From positions 1 to 32,000 of the forward strand of contig NC_006624.1 in NCBI RefSeq assembly GCF_000009965.1: a stretch of 32,000 nt of DNA, read 5' to 3'. How positions within the stretch are numbered: the stretch's first letter is position 1; every line of letters starts with the position of its first letter. Origin of the DNA: Thermococcus kodakarensis KOD1. Lineage in GTDB: Archaea > Methanobacteriota_B > Thermococci > Thermococcales > Thermococcaceae. This document shows, piece after piece, positions 10,385 through 20,186 of the stretch. Position numbers and translations under genes: made by a program. The notes beneath the pieces were generated by a model. The model was not told where the DNA came from. It did not search any database and worked only from the letters and a program-made list of their open reading frames with translations.

Positions 10385-10807
10385 ATGCTGTATGAAATAC
10401 CCATATCGACGAGGGAGAGGCTCCAGATAATAGATATAACGGACGAAATTCAAAAAATGGTTTACAAATCAAAGGTGAAGCACGGCATAGCGGTTGTTTT
10501 CACACACCACACGACGACCGGTCTCATGATAAACGAATATGAGAGCGGCCTAATCGAGGACTTCAAGGCCAAGATGAAGGAGCTGATCCCGAAGGGGGCC
10601 GGCTACTCCCACGACAGGATAGACAGCAACGCCCACGCCCACCTCAGGGCCTCCCTGCTCCTGAACCCGGAGGTCGTCATACCCATAGACCAGGCCGAAC
10701 TCCAGCTGGGAACTTGGCAGAGGATTCTTTTCGTCGAGCTCGACGGCCCGAGGCACAGGCGGGTCTACGTGATGGTCTGCCCGTGCCCCGAGTTTCCGGA
10801 GGAGTGA
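10385..10807 (+). CDS. YjbQ family protein (UPF0047)
   Basis: GIAVVFTHHTTTGLMINEYESGLIEDF...DSNAHAHLRASLLG-like...LGTWQRILFVELDGPRHRRVYV signature. Confidence 0.92.
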   Translation: MLYEIPISTRERLQIIDITDEIQKMVYKSKVKHGIAVVFTHHTTTGLMINEYESGLIEDFKAKMKELIPKGAGYSHDRIDSNAHAHLRASLLLNPEVVIPIDQAELQLGTWQRILFVELDGPRHRRVYVMVCPCPEFPEE

Positions 10808-11365
10808 TTACACGTACTGGGCCATGTAGGCTATCCTCTCAAGCAGTTCATTAAAGCCCTCGTAGGTAACCAGCGAGAGTGCTATCGGCTCCTGCTCAAG
10901 TCTCTTCTTTATGATTTCCCTCAGTTCCTCGACGCGCTCCCGGGGAACGAGGTCAATCTTGTTGATAACCACTATTATGGGCTTCTCGTAGCGGAACTTC
11001 AGCATATGGTGGAGCTTCTCCATCCCCCTATGAAGGCCGACCGTCGCGTCAACCATGTGGATAATGATGTCGGCCGAGGTTATCTCATTGATTATTTCGC
11101 GGAATTTCTCCTCGCTCAGAACCTTTCCTCTGAGCTCCCTCTCCGGGTCAAAGAGACCGGCAGTGTCTATGAGAACGAATTCATCGGCCCCACCGTAGGG
11201 GTTCTTCATGCCCTTTGGTATCTTAAGCTTTCCAAAGCGCCGCCGGATGACTCCCTTTGTTGTCCCCGGCAGGTTCTCGACTTCACTCACTTTCCCACCG
11301 ATGAGAGCGTTCATAAGCGTTGATTTGCCAACGTTCTCAGCACCTATAATCGCAACCTTTATCAT
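10808..11365 (-). CDS. GTPase (Era/Der-like small GTP-binding protein)
   Basis: G1 GAENVGKST, G3 DTAG, G4 NKID. Start chosen at MIKVAIIG rather than the upstream ORF extension. Confidence 0.88.
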   Translation of the reverse strand: MIKVAIIGAENVGKSTLMNALIGGKVSEVENLPGTTKGVIRRRFGKLKIPKGMKNPYGGADEFVLIDTAGLFDPERELRGKVLSEEKFREIINEITSADIIIHMVDATVGLHRGMEKLHHMLKFRYEKPIIVVINKIDLVPRERVEELREIIKKRLEQEPIALSLVTYEGFNELLERIAYMAQYV

Positions 11366-11414
11366 ACCACCACCCATAAAGTGGTAGAGCGGACGGGATA
11401 TAAAGGTGATGAGC

Positions 11415-11726
11415 ATGAAGAGGATCAAGCTGGGTCATCACTATTATTACGTTGTAACCCCCGACGACCTCTCAACGAGAAAATTTAGGGGAAAAAACAT
11501 CGTTCTTGAGGGGGTCGTGGAGGACAAGCCTCTCGTGGAGTTCCTTCCGATGGAGCTCCCCAGCTGGAGGACAACGTTCAAGATCCATGGGTTCTCCGTC
11601 GAGTTCGCGGGAAGTCCATGCGTTGGAAAAGGGGACACCGTGAAAGTCTACGGCCGCTTTGTTGGGGACGGAATAATAGCGACCGCCATCGAGACCGAAA
11701 GGGCCATCTTCACCACGGAGGAATGA
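11415..11726 (+). CDS. Hypothetical protein, OB-fold-like
   Basis: RFRGKNIVLEGVVEDKPLVEF...VGKGDTVKVYGRFVGDGIIATAIET, beta-rich OB-like pattern. AGGTGA ribosome-binding site upstream of ATG 11415. Confidence 0.6.
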   Translation: MKRIKLGHHYYYVVTPDDLSTRKFRGKNIVLEGVVEDKPLVEFLPMELPSWRTTFKIHGFSVEFAGSPCVGKGDTVKVYGRFVGDGIIATAIETERAIFTTEE

Positions 11727-12286
11727 CCATGCTGGGGCTTTTCATTGAGCTCGGTAACCTGAAGAAGCTGAAGAGGACAGGCTGGGTTCTGAGGGGCGTT
11801 CCAAATCCGGAGAGCATAGCCGACCATTCTTTCAGGGTGGCTTTGATAACTTTCTTCTTGGCAGACGAGCTTAAAAAGAGGGGCGTTGAAATCAACCCCG
11901 ATAAAGCCGTTCGAATAGCCCTCCTCCACGACATTGGGGAGGCGAGGATAACAGATATCCCCCAGCCGGCCCTCAAGTACGTGGACAAGTCCGAAGCGGA
12001 AAGAAAGGCCGTTGAAGACCTTCTGAAAACCAGTCCGCTTCCCGAAGAATACTACCAACTCTGGCTTGAGTATGAGGAGGGGAGCACGCTGGAAGGCCGG
12101 CTCGTCAGGTTCGCCGACAAGCTTGAAATGCTAATCCAGGCCCTTGAGTACGAGTCCGCCGGGGCTTCAGGCCTCGACGAGTTCTGGAATGTCCTTGAGA
12201 ACCTCAGGAGTAGCGAGTTCTACGGGCATTTCAAAGATATAGTTGACGGCCTCGAAGACATGAGAAAACAAAAGCGTTTGCTTTAA
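11723..12286 (+). CDS. HD-domain hydrolase (YfbR/HDDC2-like 5'-deoxynucleotidase)
   Basis: IADHSFRVALITFFLADEL...LLHDIGEARITDI...RFADKLEMLIQALEYE. ATGA overlap with the previous gene. Confidence 0.88.
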   Translation: MTMLGLFIELGNLKKLKRTGWVLRGVPNPESIADHSFRVALITFFLADELKKRGVEINPDKAVRIALLHDIGEARITDIPQPALKYVDKSEAERKAVEDLLKTSPLPEEYYQLWLEYEEGSTLEGRLVRFADKLEMLIQALEYESAGASGLDEFWNVLENLRSSEFYGHFKDIVDGLEDMRKQKRLL

Positions 12287-13807
<1,521 letters not shown>

Positions 13808-13808
<1 letters not shown>

Positions 13809-14023
13809 CACTCCCACAGCTCCCGCTTGAGTTCTTCCCACTCTTTCAGCTCTTCTACTTCAACGCTGTCGAAAAACTTCTTCAGGTTGGCCTTTCTCCG
13901 TGGTAGAACCTCAACTCTGTCGCCCAAATCAACGATGATTACTTCATCACCGAGCTTTTCCCTGAGTTCCTTTGGGAGATGGAGCCTTCCCTGCGCGTCT
14001 ATCCTCTTCACAACTACTTCCAT
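13808..14023 (-). CDS. vapB: AbrB/SpoVT-type antitoxin
   Basis: MEVVVKRIDAQGRLHLPKELREKLGDEVIIVDLGDRVEVLP is a swapped-hairpin AbrB motif. Confidence 0.93.
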
Positions 14024-14152
14024 GCTCTCACCAAAACTGATATATTCTTGGAGCACTAAATAGTTTTTGGTAGAAATTTGGCTTTGTGGAGAAAGCAGTT
14101 TAGCTTAACAAACCCACAACTCTTAAATAAGCATTCCTCCAACTTTGGAGCG

Positions 14153-14896
14153 ATGCGCCGGGACTACACCCTCTACCTCTTTGCAGCACTGGGGACCTTC
14201 CTGATAGCCTACATAGCCGTCCCGATAGCGGTTATTTTCCTCAAACAGGCCTCCGACGTGGAAATGCTTGTTAAAACCCTCCACGATCCGTATGTGATAG
14301 AGGCCATCAGAAACTCCCTTCTAACCGCGACCGCGACCGCCCTGATAGCCCTTCTCTTCGGCGTCCCGCTCGGCTACGTCCTGGCGAGAAAAGATTTCCC
14401 CGGAAAGAGCGCGGTTCAGGCTTTGGTGGACGTTCCGATAGTCATACCGCACTCAGTCGTCGGCATAATGCTTCTCGTCACGTTCTCAAACTCAATCCTC
14501 GACAGTTATAAGGGGATAGTAGCCGCGATGCTCTTCGTCTCTGCTCCGTTCACGATCAACGCCGCAAGGGATGGGTTTCTTGCGGTTGATGAGAAGCTTG
14601 AAGCCGTCGCCAGAACGCTCGGCGCTTCCCGCTGGCGGGCGTTTCTGTCTATTTCACTCCCGATGGCGTTTCCATCCATAGCGAGCGGGGCGATAATGAC
14701 GTGGGCGAGGGCAATAAGCGAGGTCGGTGCGATACTGATAGTCGCTTACTACCCTAAAACTGCCCAGGTTCTCATCCTGGAGTACTTCAACAACTACGGA
14801 CTGCGAGCATCGAGGCCTATAGCAGTGATTATGGTGAGCCTGAGCCTCGGAATCTTCGTAATACTCCGCTGGCTGGTGGGGAGGAAGAACGCTTGA
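14153..14896 (+). CDS. wtpB: Tungstate/molybdate ABC transporter permease
   Basis: Multiple TM segments and the permease EAA loop [34 protein letters not shown]-like CTTAAATAA at 14122-14130. Confidence 0.93.
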   Translation: MRRDYTLYLFAALGTFLIAYIAVPIAVIFLKQASDVEMLVKTLHDPYVIEAIRNSLLTATATALIALLFGVPLGYVLARKDFPGKSAVQALVDVPIVIPHSVVGIMLLVTFSNSILDSYKGIVAAMLFVSAPFTINAARDGFLAVDEKLEAVARTLGASRWRAFLSISLPMAFPSIASGAIMTWARAISEVGAILIVAYYPKTAQVLILEYFNNYGLRASRPIAVIMVSLSLGIFVILRWLVGRKNA

Positions 14897-14944
14897 GGAT
14901 AAAACTTTAATTAGAGTAGCGTCGATAACGAAGAGGGGAGAGCT

Positions 14945-15964
14945 ATGATAACATCTCTTCAGATTGAGAACTTCAGGGGCATAAAAAAGCTGAATCTGAG
15001 TAATCTTGGTCAGATTAATGTAATTGCGGGTAAAAACAACGCAGGCAAGTCGAGCGTGCTTGAGGCGTTATCTCTTTTCTTGGCGGCTTTTGGAGGAATT
15101 CAGTCAGTTAAGAGCGCTCTTCAAGAAATCCTGATATGGCGCGGATGGTATGGTTCTCAGGCTATAGAGGACTTATTTCATTCAAAGGCAGAACTTGCTA
15201 GGATTGTATCTACGAAGATAGATGCTTCATGGGAGCTTGTGCTAAAAAAGGAGATGTCCGGACTCAATGCATTGCCCACCCTTAAAGTTACGCTAAAACA
15301 GATCGATGAGGAGCATCCAAAGTTTAGTGCGGGATTTCAGATTCATAATCTAGTTGACAACAATGTATTGTCTATATCCCTGCTTTCATCAAAATTTGAC
15401 CCCAGTCTTAATTTTGAATTCATAACTCCTCTGACTCTCCGTAAGTTTGGATATGTTGAGAGCCTCTACTCCATTGGCTATGAGAGGAAGGTTGTAAAAG
15501 AAAGCATAAACATCCTTAACGAGGCTTATCCTGAGGTTGAGGGGTTTAGTCCCCTGTTCAAAGCAAATAAATGGATACTCCACGTCGAGACCAAATATGG
15601 TGTTTATCCATATTACTTAATGGGAGAAGGATTCAAAAACGCGATGATCATAGCGTTTCTGGCATCGCTTTTAAAGGGGGGATACCTTCTCATAGACTCC
15701 GCAGAGGCCTTCCATCACCCCAAGTCCCTGAGGGTCATGTCCAAGACCCTCGTTAAAGGGGCAAAGCAAAACGATGTCCAGGTGTTTTTAACCACCCACA
15801 GCATTGAGCTTATCGACATGCTAATCAAATATGGCTTAGAAAGCAAGGTTGATGGAAGGGTGATTTACATGAAGCGTGAGAACGGAAACGTAAAAGCCTC
15901 AATAGAAACCTTTGAAGAATCGCAAGAACTAAGGGAAACCCTGGGATTGGATCTGAGGGGATGA
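14945..15964 (+). CDS. OLD/AAA15-like SMC/ABC-type ATPase (candidate defence ATPase)
   Basis: MITSLQIENFRGIKKLNLSNLGQINVIAGKNNAGKSSVLEAL (Walker A), MGEGFKNAMIIA signature-like, GYLLIDSAEAFHHP (Walker B region), QVFLTTHSIEL (H-loop). Confidence 0.9.
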   Translation: MITSLQIENFRGIKKLNLSNLGQINVIAGKNNAGKSSVLEALSLFLAAFGGIQSVKSALQEILIWRGWYGSQAIEDLFHSKAELARIVSTKIDASWELVLKKEMSGLNALPTLKVTLKQIDEEHPKFSAGFQIHNLVDNNVLSISLLSSKFDPSLNFEFITPLTLRKFGYVESLYSIGYERKVVKESINILNEAYPEVEGFSPLFKANKWILHVETKYGVYPYYLMGEGFKNAMIIAFLASLLKGGYLLIDSAEAFHHPKSLRVMSKTLVKGAKQNDVQVFLTTHSIELIDMLIKYGLESKVDGRVIYMKRENGNVKASIETFEESQELRETLGLDLRG

Positions 15965-15967
15965 AAC

Positions 15968-16699
15968 ATGGAGACTAGGCTTTTGCTTTTGGAAGGTCGG
16001 ACTGATGTTAGTTTCTTTCTTCCTTTGATAAAAGAGCTTTATGGATTCAAAGAGGCCAAATGTGAGGATCTTCCAGTTTTAGAAGAAGGTCCGAAAAAGA
16101 AAGGACTATCACGGGCAATCTGCCTGAGTAAAGATGATACTAGGTTGGTTGTGTGGCACGCCAACGGAAAGGACAATCTAAAAAACGCCCTTAAATTGAT
16201 TTTCAAAGCGATTGAGAGGCTTGAGGATACACCCGCCATCATCGGGATTGCGAGGGACGTTGATACCGAGGAGAGCATCTTAAACTGGGCTAAAAGCACT
16301 TTGCAGAGTGGGGGTTTTGAACCCGATGTAAAAGATGGATATCTCATGATAAACGGGATAAAGGTCATTCCATTTGGAATTGGGGAAGTTGATTTTGATG
16401 CAAGGGACATCGATCTAAAAAAAGAACTTGAACTCTTAATGGCTCTTCTAGCTAAGAAGGAAAGCAGCCTCTCAAAGCTAGAGGGTTCTATAAGTCAGCT
16501 CAGGAAAGACTTGGGGAGAAAGCTCACCCCAAAGGATATCATGCATCTCCTGGCAATCGCCCGGAACTATGGTGGAGACTCTATGTCGGGACTGTACCGA
16601 AACTTCATTGAGAAACTAATCAGGGAAAACAGGGAGCTCGTGGAGGAGTTTTTGAACGAGTCGGGATTGAAAGAATTCCTAAACGCTATTGCTCGGTGA
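15968..16699 (+). CDS. TOPRIM-like (DUF3226-type) protein paired with the AAA ATPase
   Basis: [21 protein letters not shown] (TOPRIM Glu motif) and [14 protein letters not shown] (DxD motif). Starts 3 nt after the ATPase stop. Confidence 0.7.
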   Translation: METRLLLLEGRTDVSFFLPLIKELYGFKEAKCEDLPVLEEGPKKKGLSRAICLSKDDTRLVVWHANGKDNLKNALKLIFKAIERLEDTPAIIGIARDVDTEESILNWAKSTLQSGGFEPDVKDGYLMINGIKVIPFGIGEVDFDARDIDLKKELELLMALLAKKESSLSKLEGSISQLRKDLGRKLTPKDIMHLLAIARNYGGDSMSGLYRNFIEKLIRENRELVEEFLNESGLKEFLNAIAR

Positions 16700-16704
16700 G
16701 AATC

Positions 16705-17697
16705 ATGGTTCTTATGGTTGAAGGAATCTCCAAGGACTACCGCGAGTTCCATCTGAGGGATGTAACGTTCTCGGTAGAGAAGGGAGAGCACTTCATAATA
16801 CTGGGGCCAAGCGGTGCTGGAAAGACGGTTCTTCTTGAAGTGATAGCGGGGATAATAGAGCCCGACTCTGGAAGGATATTCCTGAACGGGGAGGACATAA
16901 CTGACCTGCCGCCCGAGAAGAGGGGTCTCGCTTATATACCTCAGAACTACGCCCTCTTCCCGAACATGAGCGTCTTCGACAACATAGCCTTCGGCCTGAA
17001 AGTGCGGAAGGTTCCGAAAGCCGAAATTGGGCGGAAAGTGAGAGAGCTCTCGGAAGTCCTCGGCATTTCCCACCTTCTCAAAAGAAAGCCGAAGACCCTG
17101 AGCGGCGGTGAGATGCAGAGGGTAGCGATAGCGAGGGCCCTGGCAGTTGAGCCTGAACTTCTTCTCTTGGATGAGCCCTTTGCCAACCTCGACGTACAGA
17201 CAAGGGGAAGACTCATTAACGAAATGAAAAGGTGGAGGAAAGAGCTTGGCTTCACAGCCCTCCATGTCACGCACTCCTTTGAGGAGGCCGTGAGTCTAGG
17301 AGATAGAGTTGGGGTCATGCTCAATGGACGGCTCGTTCAAGTTGGCCCTGTTAGAGAAGTGTTCTCACGGCCAGCGAGCGAGGAAGTTGCGAAATTCCTT
17401 GGCTTTGAAAACATCGTTGAAGGGCTCGCGGAGGGCAGAATTCTCCGCGCAAACGGCCTCGTGATAGAGCTTCCCATTGAGGCTTCTGGAAGAATCAGGG
17501 TCGGGATAAGGCCAGAGGACATCGTGCTGTCTGATGAACCTCTGAAGAGCTCGATGAGAAACACCTTCCAGGCCGAAGTCCAGGCCGACGTCGAGGAGCT
17601 CGGGGAGCTCGGTCCGCGTACGCGTAAGGCTAAAGGCCGGTGGAGTGGAGCTTTCAGCATTCGTTACCCGCTCTTCGGTGCTGGAGCTGGGGCTTGA
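16705..17697 (+). CDS. wtpC: Tungstate/molybdate ABC transporter ATP-binding protein, C-terminus frameshifted as read
   Basis: Walker [13 protein letters not shown], signature [19 protein letters not shown], Walker [13 protein letters not shown]. The C-terminal MOP/TOBE domain continues in the +1 frame to 17752. Confidence 0.93.
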   Translation: MVLMVEGISKDYREFHLRDVTFSVEKGEHFIILGPSGAGKTVLLEVIAGIIEPDSGRIFLNGEDITDLPPEKRGLAYIPQNYALFPNMSVFDNIAFGLKVRKVPKAEIGRKVRELSEVLGISHLLKRKPKTLSGGEMQRVAIARALAVEPELLLLDEPFANLDVQTRGRLINEMKRWRKELGFTALHVTHSFEEAVSLGDRVGVMLNGRLVQVGPVREVFSRPASEEVAKFLGFENIVEGLAEGRILRANGLVIELPIEASGRIRVGIRPEDIVLSDEPLKSSMRNTFQAEVQADVEELGELGPRTRKAKGRWSGAFSIRYPLFGAGAGA

Positions 17698-17779
17698 GGC
17701 TGGAAAAAACGTGTGGGTGGGCTTCAAGGCAAGTGCCGTCCACGTCTTTTAAAATTGAAAATTTGAAAACGCGGAAGAC

Positions 17780-18784
17780 TCATTCAATCTTGGCCCCACA
17801 GACCGGGCAGAACTTCGCTCCTTCAGGAACTATGTGGCCGTTCGGACAGCGTTTTATCTCGTGGCCGCAGTAGGGACAGAACCTCGCTCCAGGTGGAAGG
17901 GGCTTGCCGCAGTACGGGCATATCTCCTGCTGTTGGGCCTGCGGTTGGGCTTGTTGCTGTGCCGGCTGGTTCTGGTATCCTGCCGGAGGAACTCCACCTC
18001 CAGCATTGGGCTGGGCGGGCTGAGCCGGGGCCTGCGGCTGCATCAGCTGGGGAATGAGAACCATTCCTGTGCCAACCGAGGCGCTTCCGCTCTTTCCGAG
18101 TTCAGCAGCAACCTGCTTCGCGGTATCTAACTGCATTACAGCCTGGGCGTTGCCAGTCTGCATTATCCAGAAGAGCCTCTGCCTCCACTCGTCTGTCGTG
18201 TTCACGCCCTCTATCTTCACATCCACAAGTTCAAGGCCCAGCCTCCTGAAGTCCTCCATGAGCTTTACCTTGACCTGCGTGCTGACCATGTCGAGGTTCT
18301 GGAAGAGGTCAACGATGGAATAAGAACTGAGGTGCTTCATCATGCCCTCGTTGAAGTAAGCGCGGATGAACTTCGTAACGTCGCTCGTGTCGTAGAGGCT
18401 CTGGCCACCTACGACCTCCGTCAGGAACTGGACAGGATCAGCAACCTTGAACCAGTAGACACCGTAGTACTTTATGGGAGCGAGCTCTCTCGTCTGCGTC
18501 TCGCCTCCGTACCTTCCCTGGAACTCCTTGGTGCTGACGAAGATTACCGTCGCTTTAAAGGGGCTGTTGCTCCCGCCGACGAGTTTGTAAAGCAATGGAA
18601 GGTTCTGGGTCGTCAGCGTGTGCCTGCCCGGCCCGAAGACGTCATAGACCTTCCCGTCGCGCATGAAGACCGCAACTTCATACTCGTGGACTACCAGCTG
18701 GGCGCCCCACTTTATGACCTCGTTTGGGTACCTCCAGATTATCTCGTCCTCTCCTGGATTGACCCACTCAATAACCTGCACCAT
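17780..18784 (-). CDS. SPFH-domain protein (YdjI-like) with Pro/Gln-rich linker and C-terminal double zinc ribbon
   Basis: SPFH-like N-terminus (NPGEDEIIWRYPNEVIKWGAQLVVHEYEVAVFMRDGKVYDVFGPGRHTLTTQN) followed by CPYCGKPLPPGARFCPYCGHEIKRCPNGHIVPEGAKFCPVCGAKIE. Confidence 0.9.
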   Translation of the reverse strand: MVQVIEWVNPGEDEIIWRYPNEVIKWGAQLVVHEYEVAVFMRDGKVYDVFGPGRHTLTTQNLPLLYKLVGGSNSPFKATVIFVSTKEFQGRYGGETQTRELAPIKYYGVYWFKVADPVQFLTEVVGGQSLYDTSDVTKFIRAYFNEGMMKHLSSYSIVDLFQNLDMVSTQVKVKLMEDFRRLGLELVDVKIEGVNTTDEWRQRLFWIMQTGNAQAVMQLDTAKQVAAELGKSGSASVGTGMVLIPQLMQPQAPAQPAQPNAGGGVPPAGYQNQPAQQQAQPQAQQQEICPYCGKPLPPGARFCPYCGHEIKRCPNGHIVPEGAKFCPVCGAKIE

Positions 18785-18785
18785 A

Positions 18786-19280
18786 TCACTCACCCCTCAG
18801 TATTGCGCTCCTTCCTTCGAGGACTTCCTCGAAGTTCCTCAGCATGTCATCGAGGGCGAAGACCTCCCCACCAAGTCTTTGAGGATCGGCAACGGCTCCG
18901 GAGATTGCGCCGGCCTTATCCCTGATCCCTTCGGCCAGCTCTATCATCTTCGCGTCGTACTCGATGAGCTTCTCAAGCTCCTTCTCCTTTATCTTCACCC
19001 TGTCAAAAAAGCCGGCGTAGCCTGCCTCGGCGTGCTTGACCTTCCCTTCGAGCATGATCAGCCTCTTCCTCATGTCCTCTATCGCCATGAGCATGTTGCA
19101 GTTCACCATTGCGCACCTCTGTAGGGCCCTTTCGAGCTCTCTCCTTGCCCCTGCGAGTATCTCTGCTACCTTTGCCCTCACAAGCCTGTCGTCCTCCCTC
19201 AGGAGCTCCTTCTTCTTGTAGCCGTGGAAGCCGGGAACGACGAGCTCAAGCTTTTCCCATATCGAAGTTTCCTTCCCCAT
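18786..19280 (-). CDS. Coiled-coil hypothetical protein in the SPFH operon
   Basis: 164 aa, heptad-rich helical (MAIEDMRKRLIMLEGKVKHAEAGYAGFFDRVKIKEKELEKLIEYDAKMIELAEGIRDK). Tightly packed with neighbours. Confidence 0.8.
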   Translation of the reverse strand: MGKETSIWEKLELVVPGFHGYKKKELLREDDRLVRAKVAEILAGARRELERALQRCAMVNCNMLMAIEDMRKRLIMLEGKVKHAEAGYAGFFDRVKIKEKELEKLIEYDAKMIELAEGIRDKAGAISGAVADPQRLGGEVFALDDMLRNFEEVLEGRSAILRGE

Positions 19281-19289
19281 AATACCACC

Positions 19290-20186
19290 TCAAACGGGCA
19301 TGAAGTAGGTGTTGCCCTTCTTTATCCCCATAACTTCGCTAACAACCCTCTTGCTAACAGAGCCTTTTGAAAAGACTCCTGCGGCTCCGGCGCCTCCACC
19401 AACGAGGCCGCCGATGAGTCCCCAGACTGTTCCAGCGTAGGCCGACGCTATGATTCCGAGCACCGCCCCGGCACCGATAAGTCCGATGCCGAGGAGAGTA
19501 GTCCTCTTCCTGGCCTCGCTCATCAGCGGATACTCCGCTCTTATCACCCTTCCATCGGTCCCGTCAACGAAGTTGACGAAGCTCTGGCCATCGTACTCAT
19601 AGTGGACTTCCCAGACTGGGTAGTGCACAAGACCCTGGAAGACCACTTCAAGCTCGAACTCACCGGTTCTGGCGCTTTCCTCCCTCACCTCCTGCTGCAA
19701 CGCCGTCGTTATGTGGGAGCGGGCTATCTCCTCCGCCTTCTCCCTTGGCATCTCCGGCTCGTAGTACTTCCCCTTCTTCACTATGGCCTCGTCGAAGAAC
19801 TTCTTCCCCCTGACCGGGAACGGGTAGTTCATCAGGAGCGTTTTGAAGGGCGAACCTGCTGGAATCCCGAGAAAGCGGACTTCTTCAACGGTCTCCTTGT
19901 ACTTGTCCCTCCCGTGGAGGTAGAAGAAGTAGACCGGAACCCAGTGGAGCTCCTTCTTAGTTACCCTCGCGTCCACAATATCGGCAGGGGCACCGTACTG
20001 TCTTGAGAGGAACTTGAGGAGCTTTCCGGCGGGATCTTCCCTCATAGGCGAGAAGAAGAAGTGCTCCCCAACCTTCTCGCCGCTCTCGACCTTGAAGGTT
20101 GCCCCACAGTAGGGGCAGGTCGCGACCGTGACGGTGTCGGGAACCTTGAAAGTTGCCGAACAGACGGGGCAGGTTACCTCCATCAA
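19290..20186 (-). CDS. Zinc-ribbon plus C-terminal transmembrane protein (YdjG-like)
   Basis: VTCPVCSATFKVPDTVTVATCPYCGATF; C-terminal glycine-rich TM hairpin TTLLGIGLIGAGAVLGIIASAYAGTVWGLIGGLVGGGAGAAGVF. Confidence 0.85.
   Translation of the reverse strand: MMEVTCPVCSATFKVPDTVTVATCPYCGATFKVESGEKVGEHFFFSPMREDPAGKLLKFLSRQYGAPADIVDARVTKKELHWVPVYFFYLHGRDKYKETVEEVRFLGIPAGSPFKTLLMNYPFPVRGKKFFDEAIVKKGKYYEPEMPREKAEEIARSHITTALQQEVREESARTGEFELEVVFQGLVHYPVWEVHYEYDGQSFVNFVDGTDGRVIRAEYPLMSEARKRTTLLGIGLIGAGAVLGIIASAYAGTVWGLIGGLVGGGAGAAGVFSKGSVSKRVVSEVMGIKKGNTYFMPV

Noticed and set aside
17365-17727. 120 aa minus-strand ORF opposite the wtpC C-terminus
   Set aside because: Antisense; the unusual signal here is explained by the frameshifted MOP domain on the plus strand.
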